This document shows, one piece after another, positions 35,353 to 48,500 of a stretch of 64,000 bases of DNA. This stretch comes from Lytechinus pictus. Taxonomy: Eukaryota. The position numbers and the translations under genes are program-made. The notes under the pieces were generated by a model. It was not told where the DNA came from. It did not search any database and was given only the letters and a program-made list of their open reading frames with translations. Location: contig NC_087252.1 in assembly GCF_037042905.1 (NCBI RefSeq), forward strand, positions 5,148,001 to 5,212,000, read 5' to 3'. Each line of letters begins with the position of its first letter. Position 1 is the stretch's first letter.

Positions 35353-38300
35353 AGGCACAAACATCAGCTTGTCGAATAATCCAAGAAAACGCCGTCAACA
35401 TAAATGCGGGCATAAATGACAGTTTGAACTTCATTGTGTTCATATTTTCTGAATGCCATCCATAGACATGTGTTACAATCCAATAAGTTAAGCGAAGGAA
35501 AAGAAAAAAACGAGAACTTCACTTTAATATTAACAATGAACAGTTAATTATTTTGTTGTGACAACGTAATTTGAGAACATATCTTACATTATTTTTACCT
35601 TTGTATCAAAATCTGCTGTTTATACACTAATTGAACCTATCTACATTGAAATGGAATAGAATAAATGATAGTAATAATAAAGAATCATCCTTGACTGTAT
35701 AGTGTTTCATGTTATCACCATCTGTACTGCGGATGTCTACGGGTTTCAATATAGTATACTTTTGCGGGTCAGAGAGCCGTGCAGGTCATGTGAGTTAAAA
35801 TGAAAAGTATGGAGGTATGTACAAAACAGTATGGAAAAGTCAGAGAGTTTTGATGGGGGAAAGTCTGGAATGAGTAGAGCTTGAGATGCCACTGTTATCA
35901 GGATTATAATCACATGTTGGATTACCAATAATTGTTGTAATAAGAGACAGAGAGAGCCGGCTTTCACCTTGAATAGGATATCCCAAGTTCAATGACGGGC
36001 GTTGGTCGTGAGTGGGGTGATCGATTCGTGAACCGCGAGGCACTTGACATATCGGGTTCGACATATCTGCTGGTAGGCAAAGAAAGATAATTTTTTTCAA
36101 TAGGAAACTGTGTAGAAATCATACGTCTGTTTCGTGCATCGTATCCTATACGTGACGATTGCGCCACGGTGGTGCAATACCGATACGATGGGATAAGGGG
36201 AATTCCCTGGGATGACATCACGGTGCTTACGTAGCCGGTGACGTCATGCGAGGCGGTTGACATATCCGCTGGAAGGCGGAGAAAGATCCTTTTTTCGATA
36301 GGAAACTGTGCAGAAATCATACGTCTGTTTTGTGCATCGTATCCTATACGTGACGATTGCGCCACGGTGGTGCAATACCGGGTAAAGGGTAATTCCCTGG
36401 GATATGACATCACGGCCGTGGTTGCGTAACTGTGTCGTAATACCGATTCATGGTGACGTTGTGGCTGGCCGGAAGTCTGGGTCAACCCATCGGGTCGTGT
36501 GGTCAAAGGCTGACCGGGGTAAAGGGCATGGATGACCGGGCTAAAGGTCATGGCTTACTGGGCTAAAGGTCAAAGGCTGACAGGCTAAAGGTCATGTGGT
36601 CAAAGGCTGAACAGGCTAAAGGTCATGGCTGACCGGGCCAAAGGTCAAAGGCTGACCGGGCTAAAGGTCATGGCTGACCAGGTCAAAGGGCATGGGTCAA
36701 AGGTCATGGGTCAAAGATCAAAGGTCAAGTTGGTATGAGGTCTAACCTATAACTACTCACTTAGCCATGAAGGCGTTACATATTTTCAACAATTAAAAGA
36801 TGCGAGCACGAAGCGCGAGCTGAAAAATTTTGAACTTTCTAAAGAAAGAAAGGAAACTTTTAATCAGTTTTTGTAATCGTGAACAGGATAGCTCTATAAT
36901 TTAATAATTGATGCGAGCGCGAAGAGCGAGCAGAAAAAAAAATCAAGATTTAGACCTAAAAATGGGCCACTCTGTTCATGTTTTGTAAATCATAAAAAGG
37001 ATGAGTAATATGGGGTCTTCCTACATTAATAAAGTGAGCACAAAGCGCGAGCAGAAAAATAGTGATATTGTGATCTGAAACTGGATAATGATTTAAATAG
37101 AGAACAAGTTGAGTATCTGAATAAACATGCGCGCGCGTGTTTCATATTTAGACCTAGAATCTAGGCATTCTAAATACATCTTCAATCATGAAAATCATGA
37201 AACTTTGATATTCCGATCTGAAAAAAGAGTCAAGTTCAGCTTTAAATTTCAAGCACTTTGTAGAAAAATTGTAAGGTGGATATGGATCGCACTTAAAAAC
37301 CGGAGCTGATATTTTCATTATTATTACTCTGAGTTTTGACATAGGACCGGGACATCCTTACAACATGTCATCATATGAAAATGATGACTATCTTCCTATT
37401 CCTCTTGCTAAGCGAGATGAAACAAAAGGGACAATTTGATTATTAAATTAATATCATATTTATTAATGCCCGTAATATGAGGGCGCGAAATCTGATGATA
37501 TTATGGCATAGAAAGTGGACATTTCACTTCTGTAATTATGAATAGGATGCATCAGTTAATGTATTTTTAACCATTAATGCGAGCGCAAATTGCGAGGTAA
37601 AATTTTTGATAAACTGTGTCATGAATAGGGGATTATAAGTAGTTTGTTGTATAATCAATATTGAAACATATATAACTCGCCAATCAAAATGCGAGCGTGC
37701 AGCACGCTAGCTGATAAGTCTTAACAATCAGACCTGAAAAGGGATATTTTGAAAACTTTATGAAATACACGAAAATAATAGGTACCTGATAAATCAAAAT
37801 TTGCGAGCGCGCAGCGCAAGCAGCAAATGTTAATATTCAGACCATAAAACTGACATTTTTACAGAGCACTTTTTAAAAATCAATTTGTAAATCACACAAA
37901 ATAATGAAAGTTCGATTTCCGAGGTGAAATATGTTTTGTATATTGACTTCCAAACTTGACATTCGAGCTCCATATTGAACAAGATATTAAATCACCTAAC
38001 AGGCAATGCGAGCGCGAAGCGCGAGCGAAAATTTTCTATAGTGGCACGAAAGATTCTTTTTATTTTTCAAGTCTTCCTCTCATCTTATTTTATGCACTCG
38101 TCGTCCTTCTCTTCTTTTCTCCTCTCTTTTCCCTCCTTTATTCCTTCTTTCTTTCCCTTTCTTCTTTTTTTGCTCCGCCAAGAGAGGGGGGGGGGGGGGG
38201 GCCTCGGCCCCCTGGTCCGCCTACGGGGACAAGAGGCGGGAAATTTGACAAGCAAAAAAAAAGGTTATCATCCCAAAAGTAAGGTCATCTCGTCCCAACT

Positions 38301-38816
38301 CGTCCCAAAAAATACATGTTTTATTTCGATTTAGAATGATGTATTTCTTACCATCATAAAAGACAAAAAAAAGTAGGGGGGACATTTGATATTGTGTCCC
38401 CCCTACTATTTTGAGTAGGGGGGACACGTCCCCCCTGTCCCCCCCGGGATTTCCGCCCATGGTCAAAGTATATGAAGTCATTTTGTCTTCAAATTGATCA
38501 CACAACATTTCCGATCCTTATAGGTCAGGGTGGTAAACTCTATAATAATAATGCCGTCAATTACCCACAAAGGCTACTTCTTCCGTTTTTCAGCTCTTTA
38601 CTAGTCAGTCATAATTTATTTGGGGACCGCGGACGGCCTGTTCCTCATTTAAAAGGGGCAGTTATACAAATTGTGCCGTACCTTATATATAAAAAAAGAA
38701 AGTACAATTTTACTATAGAATTATATGGAAGTTCATGTCATCAATCTCCTGTCGCCTATTTTTGCGCCATTAATTTGATATTTAGCATGTCACTTAAGTT
38801 CCTAATCATCCAAATA

Positions 38817-39064
38817 CACTGTTGAAATAAATCTAAAAACGCTGTTTACGATGTGAATCACACAGTAATTGTTTAAACAGTTTAAAATCTAAAAAAAAAC
38901 AGTCCAAATTCAAATATTTAATTATCAATAATTAAATTCAAATATTAAATTATCAATAATTAAAACATGATTGTTTAAGATTTTGAACACTTGTTTAAAA
39001 TGTTTAAACAACTACTGTGCAATTCTCACAGTAAACAGCGTTGTTTAAATTACTTTTGACAGTG
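38817..39064. mobile_element. CACTA/CMC-type MITE
   Basis: TA|CACTGT...ACAGTG|TA; shares AAACGCTGTTTA with 3707-3877. Confidence 0.55.
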
Positions 39065-41554
39065 TAGAACTAGAAGTGCTTCATATAAATGAGTTCAATC
39101 AGGGGCGGATCCATGATTTTCCAAAAGGGGGGCACATTTTTCCAATGAAAAATTTGACAAGCAAAAAAAAAAGTTTTTCAACCAAAAATTAAGGATATTT
39201 CGTCCCCGAAAAAAAAATCGAGAATAAAAAAGAAAAGAAAAAGTCTTCACTGTCAAATGGAAGGGGGCACAGTTCAACACAATTTAACACAATTTTTACA
39301 TCACAAATTTTCATTTTGTTCTCAAAGGGGGGGGGGGGAGCACGAGCCGGCTTTGCCCCCCCCCCCGCCCCCTGGATCCGGCAGTGAGTTCAATGTTTTG
39401 AATTTGACAAGCAAAAAAAAGGTCTTTAACACAAAATTAGAGGTCGTTTCGTAAAAATTTTGTTTAGAGGGGGGGGGGGGGCAGGTGAGGGGTTGATTAT
39501 GCTACTGCCATGCGGTGAATTAAACAACAAATGGTGATTGGAGATTATCAAAGCGGCATAATTTTTTTTTAATTACAATTATTTATTCTAAACATTATTT
39601 TGATATTTCTTTTTAAAGCAGGCAAAATTGTTTTTAAGCATTTCCTTTTGTTTTAAAATCATATTCATTCCTTCCTCATTGTTATAACATGTGAAAAGGA
39701 TAAATAACATGAAATCATTTACATTATTGAATCATAATTCATAATTAAGAAAATCGTAAATTGGTTATTCTAAATTTAAAATTAGAATCCATTTGTAAAT
39801 ATTTCTTTGATATTTCATAATCACAAAGGGAATAATCATAATACGGACTAAACATTTCTGATCTAGAAATCTCTGAATATAATGCACAAGCACACTATTG
39901 ATAAATATTTTGTTCATTTTTAGTATCATTAAATCAAAATAATTTTAGGAAGTTATATAAAAAAAACACACACCAAGCGAACAGTCACGCTTTACCCCCC
40001 CCCCCTTTCCCATAAACAAAGCATACAAAGAATGAAAAGAAGGAGAAAGAAAGAATATAACAAATGACAAAATAAAAAAAAAACTTATCATAAAAAACAC
40101 AAAATGTAACAAAATAAAAATATATATGAAATAAATATTTTTTTCATAAATATGGATCTATTTTGTTTTCATTTTAATAATCATTTTTTCATGAATATAG
40201 ATCTATTTTTTTCCAAATTAAAATGAAAAAATGGTATTGAATTATATGCCTAAATCACGATTTAATTGAATCGAGACGACTTGCCGAAAGTTTTCACTCT
40301 TCTGACATGCATATTCATTAAACTGTGCTGTAAAGGCATGCAGTGACGACATCTTATAAATATTCATATGCGCATGCGCAGAATCTTCTTTCACGTTACC
40401 TCAAACATGGCGATCTCGCGATTGGGACAAAAGTCCGAAAATTGATGCTCTTTTGAAGAATTTAGTGGAATTATATACATCATATATATTTCCAAGATAT
40501 CCTGGCTTAGGAACAGTTTGTTTAGGTAAGATTGATCATAATCGTTAGATTTTTAATTGATTATGATCATCGGTTTTCTAATGCCAAACATCGCGAAGTT
40601 TTGTACTCTGATGATAATGAGTGGTTGCATTCAGGACCTCGACACTGACTAAAAACGTCGTGTCGAGGTCCCCGGGGCAAACTTAACCGCACATTTAGTG
40701 TTCTTGCTGTCCGCAGAGTCCATTAAATCCTTTAATTGATCATCATCAAGGGGTTCAAATCTTGGAAGATTAGCTTCTGCCATCATGCACAAAAAAATGC
40801 GTTTTTAGAACAAAAAGAGATGAAACGTAGGAACAGACCTGGGCCTAGTACTACTACTAGTCTGCAAATTAGCGATCCGCTTAATCGATAATTTACGGCG
40901 AAATGATCGTCTGCGCAGCGCGTATGCGCGTCGAACGCGCGAGTTGTCTGAATTTATCGACCACAAATCGCGGTGAAATTATGGTATCCGCAATCATCGC
41001 ACAGAGCATTTTTTTGCACGTAAACAAATGCGAATTTCACCAAATTTTAACCATGCCCGTTGTTAAGGGGCGGATCAGGGGGGCAACGGGCAGAAATCTT
41101 TTGAACTATGCCCGTTGCCCTTGGAAACCACCTTAGTTTGTTGTTTTGCAGGCATGGTCAAATACATGACCCCACTTTTGACCAATCAGAGGAATGGATT
41201 ATTCGACATTCTTAAAGAGAGGTATATAACATGAAATGATTAAAACATGTATTCAAAATGCCTAAATTCTAGGTCGAAATCTAAAAACAATCCGCGCACT
41301 CAAGTTTATTGAGATACGCAGCTTGTTCTATATTTTTATAACGTGCTTGAATTATCCAGTTTCAGATCAGAATATAATAAAACTTCTGCTCGCATTATTA
41401 ACATTAATATAGGAAGATACCTAGTTACCCATCCATTTTACAATTTACAAAACATTACAAGAGTGTCCTGTTCTTAGATCCAAAATCTATTTTTCGGCTC
41501 GCGCTGCCGTCAATTGTTTAGTTATGTAACTCGAGTCCTGAAGAAAATACCGGT

Positions 41555-42303
41555 GATTGGACCTATTGGTGATTGGACCCATGGCAACGATACCAAATGA
41601 TTGTTAGCCGAAATGGGTTTAGACAAAGTGATAGCGAACCAACTGAAATTAGACCAAATGGAACATGGACGAAATGAGAGTAGACCAAGTGGTTATTAGA
41701 CCAATTGGCTATAAGACCAAAAGGTAATAGAAGTAATGATATTGGACAAAGTGGATATTGGACCAATTGAAAAAAATACAATTAGAATAAATGATAATAA
41801 ACAAAACGGCTATTAGACTAACTGGCTATTAGACGAGATGGTAATTAGACGAAATGGTTATTGGACTATGTTGATAGTTGACTAACTAATGGTAGGCGAA
41901 ATGATATCAGACCATGCGATAGTGGGGGAAAAGGCAGTAGACGAAATGGCAATAAACCGATAAATATCCATACAAAGAGTAATCCTCATTTCCAATCACT
42001 TAATTCTCTTTCTCGTGTCTCAAAATACTTAATGAAAGCATATTTTATATCTTATCTGTAGCTCGAGTCCTGAAGAAAATACCGCTGTGACATTATGCGT
42101 TGCGACATGTGACATTATGCGTTGACAATTTGCTGCGACATTATGCGTTGCGACATGTGACGTTATGCGTTAGAAAAACTACGACATTATGCGATGGTGC
42201 GACATTATGCGTCGGACGCTCTTGGCATAATGTCGCAATCTGCGACATTATGCGATGGTGCGACAATATGCGTTGGTGCGACATTATCGGTTGTAACAGG
42301 GCT
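41555..42303 (-). repeat. Inverted copy of the 27697-28435 repeat
   Basis: GCGACATTATGCGTT units and a shared unique body. Confidence 0.8.
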
Positions 42304-42952
42304 CACATGAGTATTACATACACCCATTCACTCACGTGTTATATCATAGCTCATCAAAAATCATTAAAAATCAATACCTCTTTAATTCACTGACATTAGT
42401 CACAATTAACAGTACATTAAGACTTGATATGTTAATCAGGTACTTGCCCAGCTCAATCAAAAGTTAAATGACCTGAAATAATACTAACCATAATTTCGGC
42501 CAGTTCATCGCCAGAAAAACCAGACATGCATTGTGGGTAATAATTATTAAAATGAAATACAAAAATGCAGTCTAGCCTCCCAAAACACCTCAATTATGAA
42601 AGAGTATAAACATAGCATTATCTATATCGTTTTTTTTATATACAAACATTTGATCTATTATTAATAAATTATACATGCAGCACCCCCAAGGAAAATCTAG
42701 CACCCTCGCTTTCCAGTGCCATGGGGGGGTGGGGGGGGGGGGGGGGTAGTGTTCGTGGACGTGTTTTTCGAGTAATTTTGACTGATATCAGCGCTTATAC
42801 CGCTAGCTTAAACCACATTGGCTACAGGGTACTCGCCCAAGTGGATTTTTTTTTCATCGGGGTTGCAATGTTTTACAATAATTGTTAGAGGAAGAAAAGA
42901 GTGACCTCACGTGGAGAGGGATCATGTACGGCCTAATAAGTTTGTCAACCAG

Positions 42953-43089
42953 GGGAGTGTTTCATGAAGGACTTGTCAGACGTTTTATCCGACAGTTACC
43001 ATAGTAACAGTGGCTCTCGGCCATTCAGAATCAAGGAAAGATGTCAGATCTGACAACTTGTCGGACAAAAATGTTGATGAAACGCTCCC
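42953..43089. mobile_element. Small PIF/Harbinger-like MITE
   Basis: CAG|GGGAGTGTTTCAT...ATGAAACGCTCCC|CAG: 3-bp TSD. Confidence 0.65.
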
Positions 43090-43109
43090 CAGGGCAGCAA
43101 TCGACTCTC

Positions 43110-43600
43110 TCCCAACCCCAGAAAAATTGGAACTGTGGTGCAATAAACTTAATGAAACATGTATACCTGTGTAAGTGTAGAGGTTCACTTTTCCATATCC
43201 TAAATTTCTGCTCGATGGCTCAAGATCAGGGTCTGTTTACCTATACACACAACAGCATATTGCGTTAGATTGCAAATGAACTGAAAAAGTAGCAGAAACA
43301 AACATGATTCCTGTGACAATATTTGCAGATCTTCCCGGTTTTAGAGTGGGTGGGGGAACAATACCCCCTAACATCATGCCGACAACGTAAAAACCGGACT
43401 TGGTACTATTCTTCAGAGATATACCGAAAAGAAAGTAGTGATGGCTGAACTCACAGTACCGTTTGAGTCAAATATCCACAAAAACAACTAGAGTGAGGAA
43501 ACTAGAACGATGTGCAAAATTGAACGAGGATATTAAGGCAACCAATTATGAAACACAGTTGAATTGTTCTGAAGTTGGTAGTCGAGGTGCTATCACTGTA
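43110..43600 (+). mobile_element. Decayed 3' end of a restriction-like-endonuclease non-LTR retrotransposon (R2/NeSL/Hero group)
   Basis: CCHC remnant (C..SLFHILNFC), then KPDLV, ELTVPFESNI and EVGSRG motifs, with stops. Confidence 0.75.
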
Positions 43601-44559
43601 TAAAGTAGCTAAACTACACTAGTAATTTAGCATTTGTGGGGTCATAATTATGTATGGCAGAGCCGCAATGGACAGATATGACTCTAGATTGAGTAATCAC
43701 AAAATGGGATGGCTTCTTCTCTCTCTCTCTCTTTTCACTCACCTTTCCACTATTCCCCACCCTCCCCCTCTCTTTCTCTCCCTCTTCTATTTCTCTCTCT
43801 TCATATTTCCCCTTCTCCTACCTACATAATACTCTATGCTTACCTGTCAGATATTATATTTTTTATGTACAAGTAGGTTGGTGATTATTGTAAAGAAGTA
43901 AATTTTATCCCAATAATGCAATATTATCTTATTTACAAAACTTTGTATTCCACTCCCTTACTTCTTTTTACTTCGACTCTCTCCCCCCCTCTCAACTCAT
44001 CTATGAAATTTTGCAAAGTAATGTTTATTGAATATTTGATATTTTTTGGAGCTGTATCATTTGTTCTCATTTTGTTTTAAATTGCGTTTTTATTTTTTTT
44101 GCATCACCCCCTCTCTCTCTCTTACACAAGGCGTCAGTTTATTTGTACATTGAATTATTAGTATTCATGCGTTTACAATCCATAGAATTTTAACATTTTT
44201 TTGTTCTCGTGTTGTGTTTTGTTTTCATCTGTTTTGCATTTGAAAAAAATGGCAAACGATAAATAATTTTATGAAAACAATCAAATTTTCAATTTTGAGA
44301 TCTGAAAATAAAACTATCGCACATATTTTATATTGGGAAAATGGGAATCGAACCAAGTGGTTATTAGACCAAGTGGGTATTGGACAAACTGTCATTCGTA
44401 CCAAGTGGGCATTGAACCAAACGACATTAGACCAAATGGCTTTTGACCCAACTGACCATTTGACGAAATAGCTATTAAACAAAACTATATTAGACCAAAT
44501 AGCAGTAGACCACATGATCGAGTAGATTTTGGATCAAACTGGTCATTGAAGTAAATTGT

Positions 44560-44930
44560 GGATGAGCCGTGGTGTACTGGTTCTGACTCTCGCCTTGTAA
44601 ACAGATGGTCGCGTGTTCGAATCCCACCGCAGTCTGGCGTCCGTTGGCAAGGCGTTAATCCACACTTTGCCACTCTCGACCAAGGTGCTAAATGGGTACC
44701 GGGTCAGATGTAAAAATTCATGGCAGCTTGTCCAGTACTGTGTGCGCCTCACCAGCGACTGACTGGAATACTCCCCATGGAGTGGAGGATGTGCACACAT
44801 TGTGTGCGGGAATGACTTATTGAATCCAATGACGGGGTAATGATATATATCTGTAAAGCGCTTAGACGCGTCGTTCCGATGTATGAAGCGCTATATCAAA
44901 GCGGATTATTATTATTATTATTATCATTAT
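44560..44930 (+). mobile_element. tRNA-derived SINE with a LINE-like 3' tail
   Basis: A-box-like TGGTGTACTGG, B box GTTCGAATCC, central AAATGGGTACCGG, tail AAGCGCTATAT...(TTA)n. Confidence 0.8.
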
Positions 44931-46679
44931 TAAAATCAAAATTAGTAGTAAACCAAATGGATTTAGCCGTGGTGGTTTTATGAAATAGACAAAATGAGTT
45001 GACCTTATTTAGTTGCGGAGTAGTTACGGTACATTTGGCAACTGCACATATTGGTAATTTACCAACATGCTCATACATTTTCTTTTCTTAGCAGAAGTAT
45101 CCGATTAGCATAACAATGCTTGCGTGAGGAGTGTCTGAATTCCTAAACGATTCGGAATTCACTGACCGAGTTCGACACAGCACAGTACGGACGTCTTATT
45201 TTCAACGCTTCTTCCACGTGTTAAACTCTATAGGCCTTATCGTAATAGATCTACGTTTGGATTCGATGTTAAATATAAAATAATGGCGAATCAAGAAATT
45301 AACCTCGGGTTATGCCACAAATTAAAGGCAGTTTCAGAAAATTTTACTCAATAATCTGGAGTCTCTTCGCCTTCTTGTAAGCAATGCTACAAAGGAAGCA
45401 TTGGCTCGTTTAAAGATTGGGCTGGCTGTTTGATTATGTTGATTCTCGATACATTGCCCGGGTCAGCGGAGCTTCTACAACTAAAAAAGGGCGTCGGAGA
45501 TGTCTTTCGAAAGGTAATAAGGTTCAATATGAATATAATTCTAGACGCCAGGAGGAGTTGGATAAGAAATTTGCCTTATTAGAGTAAGGTAAGCAGCGGG
45601 CGCAGCCCTTGCTTTGCTGAAGTAAGGTATTGCAGATATAATTAAAAGGAAGAAACATATCAGAAAAGCAGATGAATCTGAAGCAGGTTAGTGTGATAAA
45701 GATGAATGAAAATTCCAAACTAGGCTATTGCTTTTGAAATTTATGAACGGTTGTACATAATAGATATGGCCTTATGTTGTTAATGGAAGCTGTTCGTTTT
45801 CAGCGGAATTACTTTATGACTTAATTATGGGAGATTAATCAAATAAATATATAGAGATCATTTTTATATTTTAGGTTGGTCCGCATTGGATGAATACTGA
45901 TGAGGGAGAAAAGAATGAGGCAAGCTCAGGCTTGTGTAAATAGAAAGCGTAAGTTATTTCGTTCAACAAACAAAGGTTATATTGGGCAAGAATGTTGGAA
46001 ATTTTCAAGGTTCTTCTACTACTTCCGACAACTTAATTATTTCGTATACCCTTTGGGTCAAGAAATCGATATTCGCTTGGCAGTGTCGCCAACTTATATG
46101 TACAAAATAGTTGGCGCGGGTATGCAAGTTGCCTCAGACCACCGACGAACGTTTTGCCTGTGGTAGACATGGGCACTGGAGAAGTTGCCCAGGTATCAGG
46201 AAGCAAGATCCCAGCAAGATTCATCCTTCAGAGATAACAATGCTCAACAGAGTTAAATGATCCATTGATCATGGTCAAACTGAGCAAGGTAAATGTCAGT
46301 TTTGTTCTGTATTTGACGAAGTGTGGTATTTGAGAACTGAAGAGTAGAATGATCAGAAGGGCGTAGCAAAGGAATCTATTCTTGATTCTACCTAGTCCAT
46401 AATTATATGTTAAGAAAAGATGTGTTATTTTGGTTGAATTCCACCTCTTACTAATGAACCTAGACATAGATATGACACAGATCAAACAATCTGGAATATA
46501 TTGACTACTCCTGGTCCGTCAGCGGGCCCTTCTAAATTAAGAAATACAGAAACAGAGCATTGTTGAATTTGTTTCGGTTGGGAAACATCGAGTAACGTTA
46601 GTGTTGATTCGACAAGATGTGCAGAGTAGGAGGAAGAATTTTATTTGAGAAATTATGAGTATGATCAATGAAATTCAGA

Positions 46680-48500
46680 ACCTTTGGTTAAAGGTAGATT
46701 GAATGCTTCCTTACAATTTGGAAATCAACTGATGCATCTCAATTTGTTGTAGATGTCAATGAACATGGTTACAAATTACCTTACAATAAGATGATAAGTC
46801 AGCATTGACATCGATCCCGATTTCGTTTCTGAAGCCATTAACGAATTATTATTAAAAAGGGTTTGGTTGTTGAATCCACCACTGCACCCCATGATGTTAC
46901 CCCCTTTCAGATTCAATTCAGAGTTCAGATATAAAAAGAGACTGATTCTTGGTTAACGTTATGTCAACTAACACTTGTGGAAGAACACTATTATACTTGA
47001 AGACTGGAATGTAGTCATGTCTTATTTAAAACAGGGAGATTTTATGCTTTCCTTTGAACTTAAGCAAGGTTATCATCATTATTACATTTTTCAAGTGCAT
47101 GACAAATTGTAGGCTTTAGTTGGGATTTTGGTAGTGGTACAAGGTTTTTCTCCTTTTAGGTGTTGTCATTGGATTGGCAACAGCTACCTTTGTTTTCATT
47201 ACACGATTTAAGCCTATCGTTAATCATTGGCGTATAGAAATGGTATTTTCATTTTTTTTTTGTATATAGATGATTGGGTCGTGCTGCTTCCTTTGATTCG
47301 TATGATACTATGGTCAACAGGTCAAGACGGTGAAAAATGACTTACTTGAAGCAGGTTTGATACCAAATGTTGAGAAATATCTCAATGGACTCCTGTCCAG
47401 TGTTTGGATTGGTTAGGAATACCACGGGAAAGCAGAGTAGCTTATATAAAGATTACTGAAAGAAGGATGAAGGATCTTGAGTTATGTTCAGATTCATTTC
47501 AAGCAGAATTGCCTGAGGTTTCAGAACGAAAGATCGTAGTTATAGTTGGAAAGATACATTGTATCCAGTGTTTGGCACAGTTACTCAAATTAAAACCAGA
47601 TTTATGCATCACGAAATCATCCGGAGGGTACATTGGGATAGGACATAATGTGATCAATAGTGATGAATTAATATTCGTGTTCTTCTTCTGGAGAAGAATT
47701 TGCATATTCTTAACGTAAACATTATTTCTGCTTATTCAGTTCCACAGACTTTCATCTATTCTGATGCAAGTCCATCAGGCTGCGGGGCCTGGGTTTCTGA
47801 GTGCGCAGGCATGAAATGGGATGAGATTGGTTTGAGTTTGAAATGGTTAAAAACTCCACTTGGAGAGAACTCAAGTCAGTAAGTATGACACTGCAAACAG
47901 TTGTATCTCACATGAGACATAAAACTGTCAAGGTCCTCTGTGATAATAAAGGAGTAGGATCGATTGTAAATAAAGGAAGTATGATTGCAGAATTGCATGA
48001 GATGAGTTTACACATCTTTGAGTTGTGTAAAAGAAACAACATTAGTCTTCACGTTCATTGGGCTCCCAGAGAGGAGAACCGTTTTGCAGATGCATTAAGT
48101 CGCATGATAGATTTTGATGATTGGGGTGTGTCAGATGAATTTTTCGGATTTTTGGACAAAATCTGGGGCCCTCACACTGTGGACAGACTTGCGGACGATT
48201 TTAATTTCAAAATTAAGAAGTTCAATTCTAAATATTGGTGTCCCCTAATAGATCATGTTGATCCCTTCTCATGTGATTGGTCGGGCGAGAATAATTGGTT
48301 GGTTCCACCTATCGAATGTATAGAATGTATAGGGCAAGTACTTAAGCATCTGAAGGTTTTGTTCTGCTAGGGGGACTTTGGTTGTTCCATTCTGGCCGTC
48401 TGCACCCTTCTGGCCGATTCTTTTCTCTGAACAAAGTGATTTTCGTTCCTTATTCTCTGAATACTTCAAAATTGATAATCCTCAAGGAATTTTCGTTCAA
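46680..48500 (+). pseudogene. Disrupted RT / RNase H / methyltransferase-like ORF of the DIRS element
   Basis: LKQGYHH, YIDD (~47263), YSDAS, STWREL, CDN, WAPREENRFADALSR, WGPHTVDR...DWSGENNWLVPP; many stops and frameshifts. Confidence 0.88.

Larger units (their letters stand above)
31715..36757. mobile_element. 5,043-bp palindromic non-autonomous Polinton/Maverick-like element
   Basis: CACTTA|AGTAGTTATAGGTTAGACC...GGTCTAACCTATAACTACT|CACTTA. A 6-bp TSD and 5'-AG termini with a short tandem repeat are Polinton hallmarks. Empty site GGACTGCTTGCACTTAGCCATG is at ~57426-57447. Confidence 0.88.
31184..38461 (+). mobile_element. hAT-like non-autonomous element (~2.2 kb) hosting the palindromic Polinton-like insertion
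   Basis: TIRs CAGGGGCGGAAATC / GATTTCCGCCCATG; 8-bp flanks GTCAAAGC/GTCAAAGT; colinear with 56151-59214. Confidence 0.8.

Noticed and set aside
18273..36757. The two giant palindromes as fold-back read or assembly artefacts
   Set aside because: Each is bounded by a TSD, the host repeat resumes in register on the far side, empty sites exist in this window, and the arms differ by indels and array length.
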